Shown here: piece after piece, positions 29,154 to 38,509 of the stretch
How positions within the stretch are numbered: the first letter of the stretch is position 1
Layout of the letters: each line of letters opens with the position of its first letter
From: an uncultured cyanobacterium
GTDB lineage: Bacteria > Cyanobacteriota > Cyanobacteriia > Cyanobacteriales > Cyanobacteriaceae
Assembly (NCBI GenBank): GCA_963710605.1
Contig: CAVQBA010000004.1
Coordinates: 1,358,035-1,422,034, forward strand
Length of the DNA stretch: 64,000 nucleotides
Reading direction: 5' to 3'
Translations under genes and position numbers: made by a program
The notes under the pieces: generated by a model
Database searches by the model: none
The model's input: only the letters and a program-made list of their open reading frames with translations
What the model was told of the DNA's origin: nothing

Positions 29154-30521
29154 TTAATAGCTTTGAGTGAAATATAAATCAAGAGATAAATCAAATTCTT
29201 TAGTAGCAATTGACGAATTATTAATATTAATCGATCGGACAAATTCTCGTAAATAAAACCGTTTTTCTTGCTCGGATAAATCGTACCAAAATTGTTCTAA
29301 AGATAAAGTTTTAGCGATCGTTTCTAAATTGTTTGGAGGTAACCCGACTAACTTTGTTTTCAACTGCGATACTTGTGTTTGTAACTGATAATTTCTTAAT
29401 TGTGCTGTTTGCTCATCTAATATTTGTGTTTTCACTAAATTATTCAAACTATCAATAATATCTATTTTTTGCTTGATTTGCTGTTGAATACCTTGCTTTA
29501 TTAATTCAATATCAGGAATTTGATTATTAGTTTCAATTAGTTTAAATTGCTGACAAATACTAGTTATAACAGCGTTAAGCACTTGCTCATAGTCGATCGA
29601 TTTACAACTTTTTTCTTGCTGACAATTAGTCGAAGTTAAGTATAAATATTTTTGCTTTTTATATTTTTGTGTTACCGAAGTAATTTTAAAATTAGACTGG
29701 CATTTACTACATTTAACCAAACCAGCTAAACAATAATTAGCTGAAGCACTACGAGGTTTAACTCGGCTATGACTTTTTAAAATTCGTTTAATTTGAGCCG
29801 CTTCTTCCCGACTAATAATCGGGGTATGAGTATCACAAATAATTTGCTGATTTTTGTAACGTAAATCTCCTTGATAAACAGGATTAGTTAACCAATAATT
29901 AGCAGTAGAAACCACAATTTTTTTTTTATATTTAGTTGCCAAAAAACGGACACAATCTCTTACTGAAGCATATAACAAAAAACGCTCAAAAAAAGCACGT
30001 GCGATCGGTGCAGTTGCTTTATCAATTAGATAAGATTCTTTTCCCCTAACATAACCATAAGGTGCTTTACCCGGTGGTGGTAAAACTTTAAGACGATTTT
30101 GAGCATGAGATATTTTGAGCTTTCTTCGCTGATAAATTTGCTCAATATCTAACCATAATTGATTGTATTCTGCTTTGGTTTGCTCATCAGTAATTGCCTT
30201 AAATTTACTAGTGCTATAGTCTTGATTAAGAGCAATTATTTCAACGTTTAACTGCTCAATAATTTTAATATTTTCAATGACTTGTGCTAACTTATTTCCT
30301 AACTCAAATAAATTGAAGATTAATAAATAATCTATCGGTTGTGTTTGAATATCATTAATTAATTGATGTAGCTGTTGCCTATCACCAATATCTTGATATA
30401 TCTTATCTATTTCCCAACCCCAAATAGAAGCATCTAACACTTTATCTAAAATAGGCTCGACATAAGTATAAGCAACGATAGAGAATTGAGAATTGAGAGT
30501 TGAGAATTGAGAATTATTCAC
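29154..30521 (-). CDS. Large serine-recombinase-family protein, catalytic motif apparently degenerate
   Basis: PPPGKAPYGY, NPVYQG...H.PIIS, LAGLVKCSKC zinc ribbon; N-terminus reads AYTYVEP instead of Y.RVS. Confidence 0.8.
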   Translation of the reverse strand: MNNSQFSTLNSQFSIVAYTYVEPILDKVLDASIWGWEIDKIYQDIGDRQQLHQLINDIQTQPIDYLLIFNLFELGNKLAQVIENIKIIEQLNVEIIALNQDYSTSKFKAITDEQTKAEYNQLWLDIEQIYQRRKLKISHAQNRLKVLPPPGKAPYGYVRGKESYLIDKATAPIARAFFERFLLYASVRDCVRFLATKYKKKIVVSTANYWLTNPVYQGDLRYKNQQIICDTHTPIISREEAAQIKRILKSHSRVKPRSASANYCLAGLVKCSKCQSNFKITSVTQKYKKQKYLYLTSTNCQQEKSCKSIDYEQVLNAVITSICQQFKLIETNNQIPDIELIKQGIQQQIKQKIDIIDSLNNLVKTQILDEQTAQLRNYQLQTQVSQLKTKLVGLPPNNLETIAKTLSLEQFWYDLSEQEKRFYLREFVRSININNSSIATKEFDLSLDLYFTQSY

Positions 30522-30686
30522 ACCTGATACTGCTAATGCCCGATAGTCTTAATTTGTTTCTATTATCTAGATTCGATCGTAGTTATACCACTATAAAGGT
30601 TCGGTTATCTTGCTTCAAACTGTACTATTTTAGTCGATTAATTAAGTTATGATGTACTTAGTTGTTTAGCCGAGCTAATTAAATAC

Positions 30687-31001
30687 ATGAAATTTAGTCT
30701 TCAATCATTATACGGTTGGTATCGTGAGCAGATTCGTAATCCTAAATATCGTCCTTGGATGATTCTGGGTACTATCGCTTATATTGTTAGTCCTATTGAT
30801 ATATCTCCCGATTTTATTCCTTTTATCGGTCAAGTTGATGATTTCTTATTATTATCTATTTTACTCACCGAAGTATCTCAGATGGTATTAACAGGCTACA
30901 AAGACAAAAAAGGACAATCTTCAGAAGGTGTATCACAAGCACCAGAAACATCTAAAGTTACCACTGACACGATCGAAGTTGATGCAGTTTCAGTCGAATA
31001 A
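30687..31001 (+). CDS. YkvA/DUF1232-family protein
   Basis: YIVSPIDISPDFIPFIGQVDD. Confidence 0.9.
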   Translation: MKFSLQSLYGWYREQIRNPKYRPWMILGTIAYIVSPIDISPDFIPFIGQVDDFLLLSILLTEVSQMVLTGYKDKKGQSSEGVSQAPETSKVTTDTIEVDAVSVE

Positions 31002-31060
31002 ATACTGTTTTAATTTCTCTGCATACAGTTTGGCTAATCGACAACTAAACGATTCATCAG

Positions 31061-31798
31061 CTATGAATCAAGTTCTAATTTAACTTGTGTTTCGGTTTGT
31101 TCATTTAGCCATTTACTGAATAATTCATCTAATAATCTTCTTCTGAGATTTTCATCCAAGGGTGCAGTAATATATTTTTCTAAACGTAAAATTACCACCC
31201 ATTCTCCTATTCTCATTGGAGGTAAAACTTGTCTTGGTGGAGAAGTTTTTAGTTTTTCGGCAATTAGAGGGTGAGGTACATTTAACTCTACAGGACCTAT
31301 TAATCCGCCCGTTTCGGCTTCTGAGCCTAATGAGTATTGCCGTGCTAATTGATCAAAATCTGCTTCCCCTTCACTAATACGAAAATAAAACTCTTGAGCT
31401 TGTCCGGGGCTTTTAGTTCTAATTAAAGAGTAAACTATTTTGTCTAATTGTTCTTTTCTACTTAGATAATAAGTTTCTATTTGTTTTCCCCATATTTCCT
31501 CTTTATATTTCTCTAATTTGACACTTCTTAAAATTCTTTGTAGTAATTGCGTTTCGGTTAAATAGTTTTTAGCTAACCATGCTTGTAATTGTTCAGGTTG
31601 CTGAGGGTTTAGTTGCATCTGCCAGAAAAATTGTTGTTGAGCTTGTGCTGTTTCTTCTGGTGTACATTCAATGTGAGCGATCGCTTTTTCGATAATAATA
31701 TCTTTGGCTAAAGACAAAATCATTTGCTTTTGAGCTAAAAGCGGAAAAATATTCTCTGGTGTAACAGTAAAATCAGCAATTTGTAAACGAGGACTCAT
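31061..31798 (-). CDS. PpiC/parvulin-type peptidyl-prolyl isomerase
   Basis: YSLIR...A.E.YFRI.EGE..F..LA.QYS.G.E..TGG..GP. Confidence 0.88.
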   Translation of the reverse strand: MSPRLQIADFTVTPENIFPLLAQKQMILSLAKDIIIEKAIAHIECTPEETAQAQQQFFWQMQLNPQQPEQLQAWLAKNYLTETQLLQRILRSVKLEKYKEEIWGKQIETYYLSRKEQLDKIVYSLIRTKSPGQAQEFYFRISEGEADFDQLARQYSLGSEAETGGLIGPVELNVPHPLIAEKLKTSPPRQVLPPMRIGEWVVILRLEKYITAPLDENLRRRLLDELFSKWLNEQTETQVKLELDS

Positions 31799-31881
31799 AT
31801 AACAAAAAATTAATTAGTAAAAAAACAACCTAGTAAAAATACTATAACAAGCAAGGCAAATTATACACCCATAAGATTCAG

Positions 31882-31913
31882 AATTGACAATTGACAATTG
31901 ACAATTGACAATT
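31882..31913. repeat. STRR-like array (AATTGAC)4
   Basis: Direct repeats; a reverse-complement array lies at 32495-32528. Confidence 0.85.
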
Positions 31914-32030
31914 AAAAAAAAGTAAAAAGCACCTAATACACTCGTGTAACAAAAGCTAATCGCTAATCTTTAATCGCTAAAAGTTTGAATACTTCCCTAT
32001 AAACGATGAACTATATCTAATTTTTGCACC

Positions 32031-32067
32031 AAAAAAACCCGCCGTGGAAATTTAGGCGAGCTTTTTT
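32031..32067 (-). terminator. Rho-independent terminator
   Basis: Minus strand CTCGCC-loop-GGCGGG followed by T7. Confidence 0.75.
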
Positions 32068-32437
32068 GATTTTAATAGTGAATTTAAGTTGAAAATTGAT
32101 TAAAAATTAATTCTTACTAATTGTGGACAATTCTTAACTCATCTATCCCTTTTTAATATCTCAACTTTTACAGTTATAGATTAGATTACCGTGAAAATAT
32201 TAATTACAATTAGAAAACGTCGAACAAAACAAAATCTAAAAAATATTGAGAAACTCGATCGTACTTTCACACAAATCAATTCAGGTTTAGACTAATAAGA
32301 TTTTAAACAGTGACCAGAGACGAAGGTATAAACTCTAATCCTTTTTTCAATGCAAAGATTTTTAACTCTTTGTTTTATACCCTATAGCAAATCAGTTTAA
32401 TTGGTCTTTTTTATTTTGTCTAGAATTATGTTCCCAT
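32031..32437 (-). ncRNA. Putative sRNA, possibly PmgR1/Ncr0700-like
   Basis: No long ORF; candidate -10 TAAAGT at 32443-32448; terminator at 32031-32067; motif CAGTGACCAGAGACGAAG (32308-32325) recalled from cyanobacterial intergenic RNAs. The name is unverified. Confidence 0.4.
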
Positions 32438-32494
32438 ATGTAACTTTAATTAAGATTTCTTTATGTTTGTTTACGAAGCATTTAATTAATTTAA

Positions 32495-32528
32495 AATTGT
32501 CAATTGTCAATTGTCAATTATCAATTGT
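32495..32528. repeat. STRR-like array (AATTGTC)3 plus variants
   Basis: Direct repeats upstream of ffh. Confidence 0.8.
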
Positions 32529-32597
32529 TGAGTTGTATTCATAGATAAGGAGTGTCAAAATAGAGATATATTTATTTGCAATATTTAAAAATTAATT

Positions 32598-34061
32598 ATG
32601 TTTGATGCTCTATCAGAACGTTTAGAAGATACATGGAAAAAGCTACGTGGTCAAGGTAAAATTTCGGATTCTAATGTCAAAGAAGCAGTAAAAGAAGTAA
32701 GAAAAGCACTTTTAGAAGCAGACGTTAACTTTGATGTAGTCAAAAGTTTTGTTGCTGAAATCGAAAAAAAAGCTCTCGGTGCGCAAGTTATTTCAGGAGT
32801 TAATCCTCAACAACAATTTATCAAAATAGTTAGTGATGAATTAATTAACGTGATGGGAGAGAGTAATGTACCTCTTGCTAACGCTGACAAACCACCGACA
32901 GTAGTTTTAATGGCTGGTTTGCAAGGTGCGGGTAAAACAACCGCTACTGCTAAACTCGCTCTTTATCTACGTAAACAAAATCGTAGCTGTTTGATGGTGG
33001 CAACCGACGTATATCGTCCTGCGGCGATCGATCAATTGAAGACTCTAGGGGAGCAAATATCCATCCCTGTGTTTGAATTAGGTACAGATGCTAACCCAGT
33101 TGAAATTGCTCGTCAAGGTTTAGAAAAAGCGAAAACAGACAACATCGATACCGTCATTATTGATACCGCAGGTCGGTTACAAATAGATGACAACATGATG
33201 GATGAGTTAGCCCAGATTAAAAAATCAGTAAAACCTGATGATACTCTTTTAGTCGTTGACTCAATGATTGGGCAAGAAGCCGCTAATTTAACCCGTAGTT
33301 TCCATGAGAAAATAGGAATTACAGGAGCGATTTTAACCAAAATGGATGGTGATAGTCGTGGTGGTGCGGCGTTATCGATTCGGACGATTTCGGGGCAACC
33401 GATTAAGTTTGTCGGGGTAGGTGAAAAAGTAGAAGCACTTGAGCCTTTTTATCCTGAAAGAATGGCATCTCGTATTTTAAATATGGGTGATATTGTCACA
33501 TTAGTAGAAAAAGCTCAAGAAGAGTTAGATATTGCTGATGTTGAGAAGATGCAAAACAAAATAATGGAGGCTCAATTTGACTTTAATGATTTTATCAAAC
33601 AAATGCGTCTATTAAAAAATATGGGTTCATTTGCTGGGGTGATGAAGTTAATTCCAGGGATGAATAAAATGGGTGCAGGGCAATTAGAGCAAGGAGAAGC
33701 TCAATTAAAACGAACTGAATCAATGATTGGTTCGATGACTAAAGAAGAAAAAAGTGATCCTCAATTACTCGCTCAATCTCCTAGTCGTCGTCGTCGGGTA
33801 GCAAAAGGCTCTGGTTATCAAGAAAAAGATATTTCTCGTTTAGTTAGTGATTTTACCAGAATGCGATCGATGATGCAACAGATGAGTATGGGCGGTGGTA
33901 TGCCCGGTATGCCCGGTATGGGTGGCATGGGTGGTATGCCCGATATGAGTAGCTTAGGCGGTATGTTTGGTGGTGGCAATCGCCCCGGCTTCCGTAATCA
34001 ACCAGGTAAAAAGAAAAAAGCGAAAAAAGCTAAGAAGAAAAGAGGTTTTGCTGATTTATAA
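32598..34061 (+). CDS. ffh: Signal recognition particle protein
   Basis: GLQGAGKTT, DTAGR, TKMDGD, Met-rich M domain. Confidence 0.98.
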   Translation: MFDALSERLEDTWKKLRGQGKISDSNVKEAVKEVRKALLEADVNFDVVKSFVAEIEKKALGAQVISGVNPQQQFIKIVSDELINVMGESNVPLANADKPPTVVLMAGLQGAGKTTATAKLALYLRKQNRSCLMVATDVYRPAAIDQLKTLGEQISIPVFELGTDANPVEIARQGLEKAKTDNIDTVIIDTAGRLQIDDNMMDELAQIKKSVKPDDTLLVVDSMIGQEAANLTRSFHEKIGITGAILTKMDGDSRGGAALSIRTISGQPIKFVGVGEKVEALEPFYPERMASRILNMGDIVTLVEKAQEELDIADVEKMQNKIMEAQFDFNDFIKQMRLLKNMGSFAGVMKLIPGMNKMGAGQLEQGEAQLKRTESMIGSMTKEEKSDPQLLAQSPSRRRRVAKGSGYQEKDISRLVSDFTRMRSMMQQMSMGGGMPGMPGMGGMGGMPDMSSLGGMFGGGNRPGFRNQPGKKKKAKKAKKKRGFADL

Positions 34062-34216
34062 ATTCATTTAGTTTTCATGATTTGCACGATTATAATTATT
34101 TGATAATTTGATGGTGACAAATTTATGAGCGATTAGAGGGTGTAAACTTTACACCCCTAAATTAAATCGTGGGATGGGTATTGTTTACCGCAATTATCAA
34201 CTTTTAACTTTTAACT

Positions 34217-34636
34217 ATGACGACTAATTTATCCCATAAAAAAATCGGCGTTGCTGTCATTGTCAATCACCGAGAAGAAATTTTAATTGACAAAAGATTA
34301 CCTACAGGAGTAATGGCAAATTTATGGGAGTTTCCCGGTGGCAAGATAGAAGCGAATGAAAGTGTAACTGATTGTGTTAGAAGAGAAATTTTAGAGGAGT
34401 TGGGTGTAACAGTAAAAATCGATCGACATTTGATTGATATTACTCATAACTATCCTCAATTTCAAGTTACTTTATACGTTTATCTATGCCATATAATCGA
34501 AGGAAAACCTCAACCAATAGAGTGTGCCGAGATTAAATGGGTGAAGGTATCGCAATTAAACACCTTTACTTTTCCTGAGGCGAATCAAGCGATTATTACG
34601 GCTTTGGAAAAAACAGACTTAAAAATTACTTTTTAA
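34217..34636 (+). CDS. mutT: 8-oxo-dGTP diphosphatase (Nudix)
   Basis: WEFPGGKIEANES...REILEELG Nudix box; FPEAN. Confidence 0.9.
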   Translation: MTTNLSHKKIGVAVIVNHREEILIDKRLPTGVMANLWEFPGGKIEANESVTDCVRREILEELGVTVKIDRHLIDITHNYPQFQVTLYVYLCHIIEGKPQPIECAEIKWVKVSQLNTFTFPEANQAIITALEKTDLKITF

Positions 34637-34799
34637 AAATTAGCTTCATCTCAATTGTAGAGACAACATAAATGTCTTTGATTTACATCTAATTGCTTAA
34701 AATTAACCAAAAAAAAGCAGAGAATAAATCTCTGATAAAAAAACAAACAATTATCGACAAATTCTTTATTGACCTTATTGAAATAGTTTCAATAAAACG

Positions 34800-34952
34800 T
34801 TATTTAAGGTAGTAATTTTTTTCAGCTTCTAACTGAGCAACTAAAGCATTTTGACCTTTTGCTCTAGCTACTTGTAAACGATGTTCTAAGGTTTTTAAAA
34901 CATTTTGATTATGAACAGTTTGAGCTTTTTTATTCGATTGTAATTTAATCAT
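34800..34952 (-). CDS. pirA: PirA (PII-interacting regulator of arginine synthesis, Ssr0692 family), 50 aa; absent from the ORF track
   Basis: Hand translation MIKLQSNKKAQTVHNQNVLKTLEHRLQVARAKGQNALVAQLEAEKNYYLK fits the PirA pattern H..N....LE.RL.VARAKG...L...LEAE; AAGGA RBS. Confidence 0.85.
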   Translation of the reverse strand: MIKLQSNKKAQTVHNQNVLKTLEHRLQVARAKGQNALVAQLEAEKNYYLK

Positions 34953-35071
34953 TTTTTTCCTTGTAATTATAAAATAACTAGATATTTATTGGTTATATTA
35001 AATAACGTTAATTTTTCGATAACTGCTTGACAGCTCAAATTATTTAGTTATTATTTTCAACCATTATTTTT

Positions 35072-35176
35072 TTAACTAATAGATGAATGGTGACGATTAC
35101 TAATCATTAATAAACGCCCTTTTCTATCAGTAAAAACATAGTTACTAATTAGTTTGGGGAAGTTTTGATTGTTCAT
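35072..35176 (-). CDS. 34-aa small ORF directly downstream of the glutamine riboswitch
   Basis: MNNQNFPKLISNYVFTDRKGRLLMISNRHHSSIS; AGAGG RBS 7 nt upstream of the ATG. Confidence 0.55.
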   Translation of the reverse strand: MNNQNFPKLISNYVFTDRKGRLLMISNRHHSSIS

Positions 35177-35217
35177 AATGTCGCCTCTTCTAATTCTTGA
35201 TGATTTTAGATACGAGA

Positions 35218-35278
35218 CGCGTTCCTTCAGAAGATTTAATTACTTCTTACTTCCGTCTGTTTAAAACAGATGAACGTT
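35218..35278 (-). ncRNA. Glutamine riboswitch class I (glnA RNA motif)
   Basis: Minus strand AACGTTCA-TCTGT-TTTAA-ACAGA-CGGAAGTA-AGAAG-TAATTAAAT-CTTCT-GAAGGAACGCG. P1 is CGTTC/GAACG, with a P2 stem, the conserved CGGAAGUA junction and an E-loop P3. Confidence 0.9.
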
Positions 35279-35293
35279 TTAAGATACAAATCT

Positions 35294-35323
35294 AGTATAT
35301 CTTGAAAGTATCTTATTTGACAA
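35294..35323 (-). promoter_or_regulatory. Sigma70-type promoter with NtcA-like box overlapping -35
   Basis: -35 TTGTCA (35318-35323), 18-nt spacer, -10 TATACT (35294-35299); GTA-N8-GAC at 35308-35321 is one mismatch from GTA-N8-TAC. Confidence 0.65.
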
Positions 35324-35542
35324 CTAAAAATAATTTTTTCTAAACTTTGAGATAATTAATTCAAATCAATTTTCAAAAATAATCCACAGTTAAAAACGAA
35401 TGATTAATGATGAGAAATAAGTGATTGATAGAGTTTGAGACAGATTTATCTATTTGGTAAATGTTAGTTGAGATATTACGTAACTATCTAGTTTTCACTT
35501 CATGAAACTTAATAGTTGATGTTAAAGATAAAGCTTTTGGTT

Positions 35543-36335
35543 TTATTCGTAAAAAGCTATTTTAGACCATCGATCGATTATTTGAATTAATTTATTTTCA
35601 GTAATTAATCTTATCTTTTTTTTACCTTGAGTAACTTTACTTCTTTCCATTATCTCAACTAAAGACAGCAAATGGCTTTTTCTTCCTTTCTTCACGAATA
35701 AATTTAACGACTTTATCTAATTCTTTATTAGTAATTCCTGCTATTTGTAAAGGCGAAACAAGTTTTTCTATTTCTAAAGTATTAAATGCTGTTAATAAAT
35801 CTAATTTTGTAGGTAACTGCTCATTTAATGATTGCTTATTATCTACAGCTAATTGTTTATTAATTTGTTCAATTTGAGCTTTTAATTGTTTAATTTTATT
35901 CTCGAAATCTTGCTGATAATTTTCGATATACTGATTAAATCTATTTTCTAGGTTATCTATTCTACTATCTTTATCCTTATTAGTTTCTACAGCTTCTTTT
36001 GGGGCGACGGTAGTAACAGTTTTTGTCTCATTATCATGCAATAAATTTAGTTGCTGACTAATCAAATCATTTTCTTTTTTATTAACAATAAAAGCCCTAA
36101 TCGTTTCAAATTCATCATCAAATTCCCATGCTTTTAAAGCCCCATAAAATTGAAAACTACCTTCAACCAATTCGTATCTTTCCAAACTGGTTTCTTCAAC
36201 AACAAGAGGTTGCACAATACCATCTAACTGTAAAATTAATTGAGCTAACTTTTCTAAATCTTCCTCGGCAAAATTCGATCGAGGTATTTTAGATGTTATT
36301 TTATCAATGTCAACTAAAGATGTTTTAAAACTCAT
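35543..36335 (-). CDS. ParB/Srx-like N-terminal domain protein with coiled coil, frameshifted near 35668
   Basis: LEKLAQLILQLDGIVQPLVVEE...YELVEG; another frame continues SLVEIMERSK...IIDRWSKIAFYE to a stop at 35543. Confidence 0.7.
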
Positions 36336-36406
36336 AACTAATCTCTATTTTATCTATTATGTGATAGCCAAATTTAAAATCTAGGAAAACCAAAAATAAT
36401 AATTGA

Positions 36407-37802
36407 TTATTCGCCTATTTTCTCTTTTAATTCTAAAGATAAAGCCTCAAACTCAGCGGCTGCCATTGAGTCTGGTTTAAATTCAAAAATTGACTTTGGC
36501 TCAGGAATTTCTAAATTATCAATTAAAATAAAGTTATCTAAAGCTTTAGCTAAATCATCTCTTTCATAAATGCTAGTTTCAAATAACGGCAAATTATATC
36601 TTTGGGTGATGACTTTTCTTCTTTTAGGTAAAGTATATTGACAAAATTTAGCATTACTGGAAATTTTACTGGGCAATACACCTAAGACTTTGATAGGGGC
36701 AAAACCAAAGGCATCTTTATCATCGTTGACTTCCTCAATAAAACTTTTGACATTTTTTAATCCTTCATTAGCAAATGGCTTCAAGTCAGAAGGAATAATT
36801 AAATAATCAGCACTAATCATTGCTATTTTGGCGTATAAGTTTAAAGAAGGAGGAGTGTCGATGAAGACATAATCATAATCATTTTCTACCTCTGCCAATT
36901 TATATTTTAATCTAGTTCTAGATGCGGCAATATCAACTAAATTTCTTTCTTCGTACATTATAGTTAATATGGGCAGGAATTGCATCAATATTATCTTGAC
37001 TGTAACTGGTTTTACGAGCAACTTCTTTGATTGAATATTTTTTACTTGATTTAATCAAATGAAAGACATTAGAGTCTTTTAAATCATCATCAATTTCGTC
37101 GGTAAATTTGGCTAAACCAACGGCAAATGTAGTATTAGCTTGACTATCTAAGTCAACAATTAAAATTTTAGCACCTTGATGGGCTAAGGCGGCGGCTAAG
37201 TTAATAACCGTGGTAGTTTTACCTACGCCTCCTTTGTTATGATATACCGCAATTACTTTCATTTTTTTGGCTTTATTTAATGATTGAGAAGAAATTTGTG
37301 CTGAAGTAGATTTTTCCATTTCTGGAGATTTTTCTAGTAGTTTATCATTATTAGCGATCGATTTAATTTGTGTTATTAACGTTTCTTTACCAACAATTTT
37401 TTGTAGTTTAGGTAAGTATTGATTAATATTTTTACTGTCGTCTTCTAATAGAAGATAGATATTTTCTTTTTGTAATTTATAAAGTCTAATTTCTTTACCA
37501 TTAGTGATTAATCCATATTTGACTTTAAGTGTTTTTAAGTATCTTCTAAATTTAGGAATATGTACATCTAAATTTTCACGAGGATGTTTAGCTTCGATAA
37601 TAACATAGGCATTTCTTCTTATTTTCAATGGTATTTTATCTAACCCTAAAGGGATTAAAAGAAAATCTAGACGAATATTTTTATATCTTACTTCTTGATA
37701 CCAATCGGCGTAATTATATCCTAATAAAGGTAATAAAAAACGAACGATAAATTTGCTTTCTACTTCTTTTTCGTTACGACACCAATGAGGGGAAAATTTC
37801 AC
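36407..37802 (-). CDS. ParA-family ATPase fused to an N-terminal HsdR_N-like PD-(D/E)xK domain, frameshifted near 36960
   Basis: NEKEVESKFI..LGY..QEV..RLDF..IEAK..TNGKE; then HNKGGVGKTT, DLDSQAN, and YDYVFIDTPPS in the second ORF. Confidence 0.82.
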
Positions 37803-37928
37803 AATAATTTGATTCTCCTTTTTTTGATTAGCTATCCATAATTAATCATAAATTTATTTCTTCAACAAATTAAAATATAACCCCAACAGCCAACAACTAA
37901 TACCTATTTAGAAGTTTATGATAGCTAA

Positions 37929-38477
37929 TTATCGATCGATGGTAATTTTTTGCGGAGAGATAACTATATAAACAGGGTGATTTTGTATTTGTATAACTTT
38001 ATTACTAATTAAAGAAATATTACCAATTTTAGCTAATTGGGTAGGTAATTTTTTAAATTCGGATTTAGTGGCTTTTAATATTTTTGGTGGAGAATCTAAA
38101 GGTAAACCCAAAATATCTGGCTGTGTCTCATTTGTGAATAAAAGCAAATGCTGAGCGGTTAAATCGGTATTTATTTCGCTGTTTGAATTATCTGTGATAT
38201 ATTTATTAAAATTAATTTCACTAAGATTTGGCTTAGACTGATTATAAATAGATCGATCGATATCAACTACTACTATTGTTTTTTCTTTATATTTTGTAGT
38301 TATTAGCTGTGGTTGAGTTGGCTCAATGATATGTTGCTGATTATCGGTAATAATAATTTTAATCGTCTCTTGTAACGGCCAAGCAAACCACATTTGTTGA
38401 AGTTGAAAAGTAATAACTTTATAAGTTTTTGGAGCTTGTAATTGTTGCTTTCTACGAGTTCTAAAAGATGTTTTCAT
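37929..38477 (-). CDS. Divergent CheW-like protein
   Basis: KVITFQLQQMWFAWPL...I.VVD...LGLP.D..P pattern; 32 bp downstream of cheA. Confidence 0.7.
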   Translation of the reverse strand: MKTSFRTRRKQQLQAPKTYKVITFQLQQMWFAWPLQETIKIIITDNQQHIIEPTQPQLITTKYKEKTIVVVDIDRSIYNQSKPNLSEINFNKYITDNSNSEINTDLTAQHLLLFTNETQPDILGLPLDSPPKILKATKSEFKKLPTQLAKIGNISLISNKVIQIQNHPVYIVISPQKITIDR

Positions 38478-38509
38478 TTTGAATAAAGATATATTATAAT
38501 CAAAGAAAG

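Noticed and set aside
29154-30521. Prophage or excision-element integrase
   Set aside because: No catalytic motif, att repeats or cargo genes; the neighbours are housekeeping genes.
11472-32528. Short repeat arrays as CRISPR
   Set aside because: They are spacer-less 7-mers, and no cas genes or repeat-spacer structure were seen anywhere in the window.
33893-33975. GGTATGCCC-type repeats in ffh
   Set aside because: They encode the ordinary Gly/Met/Pro-rich tail of cyanobacterial Ffh.
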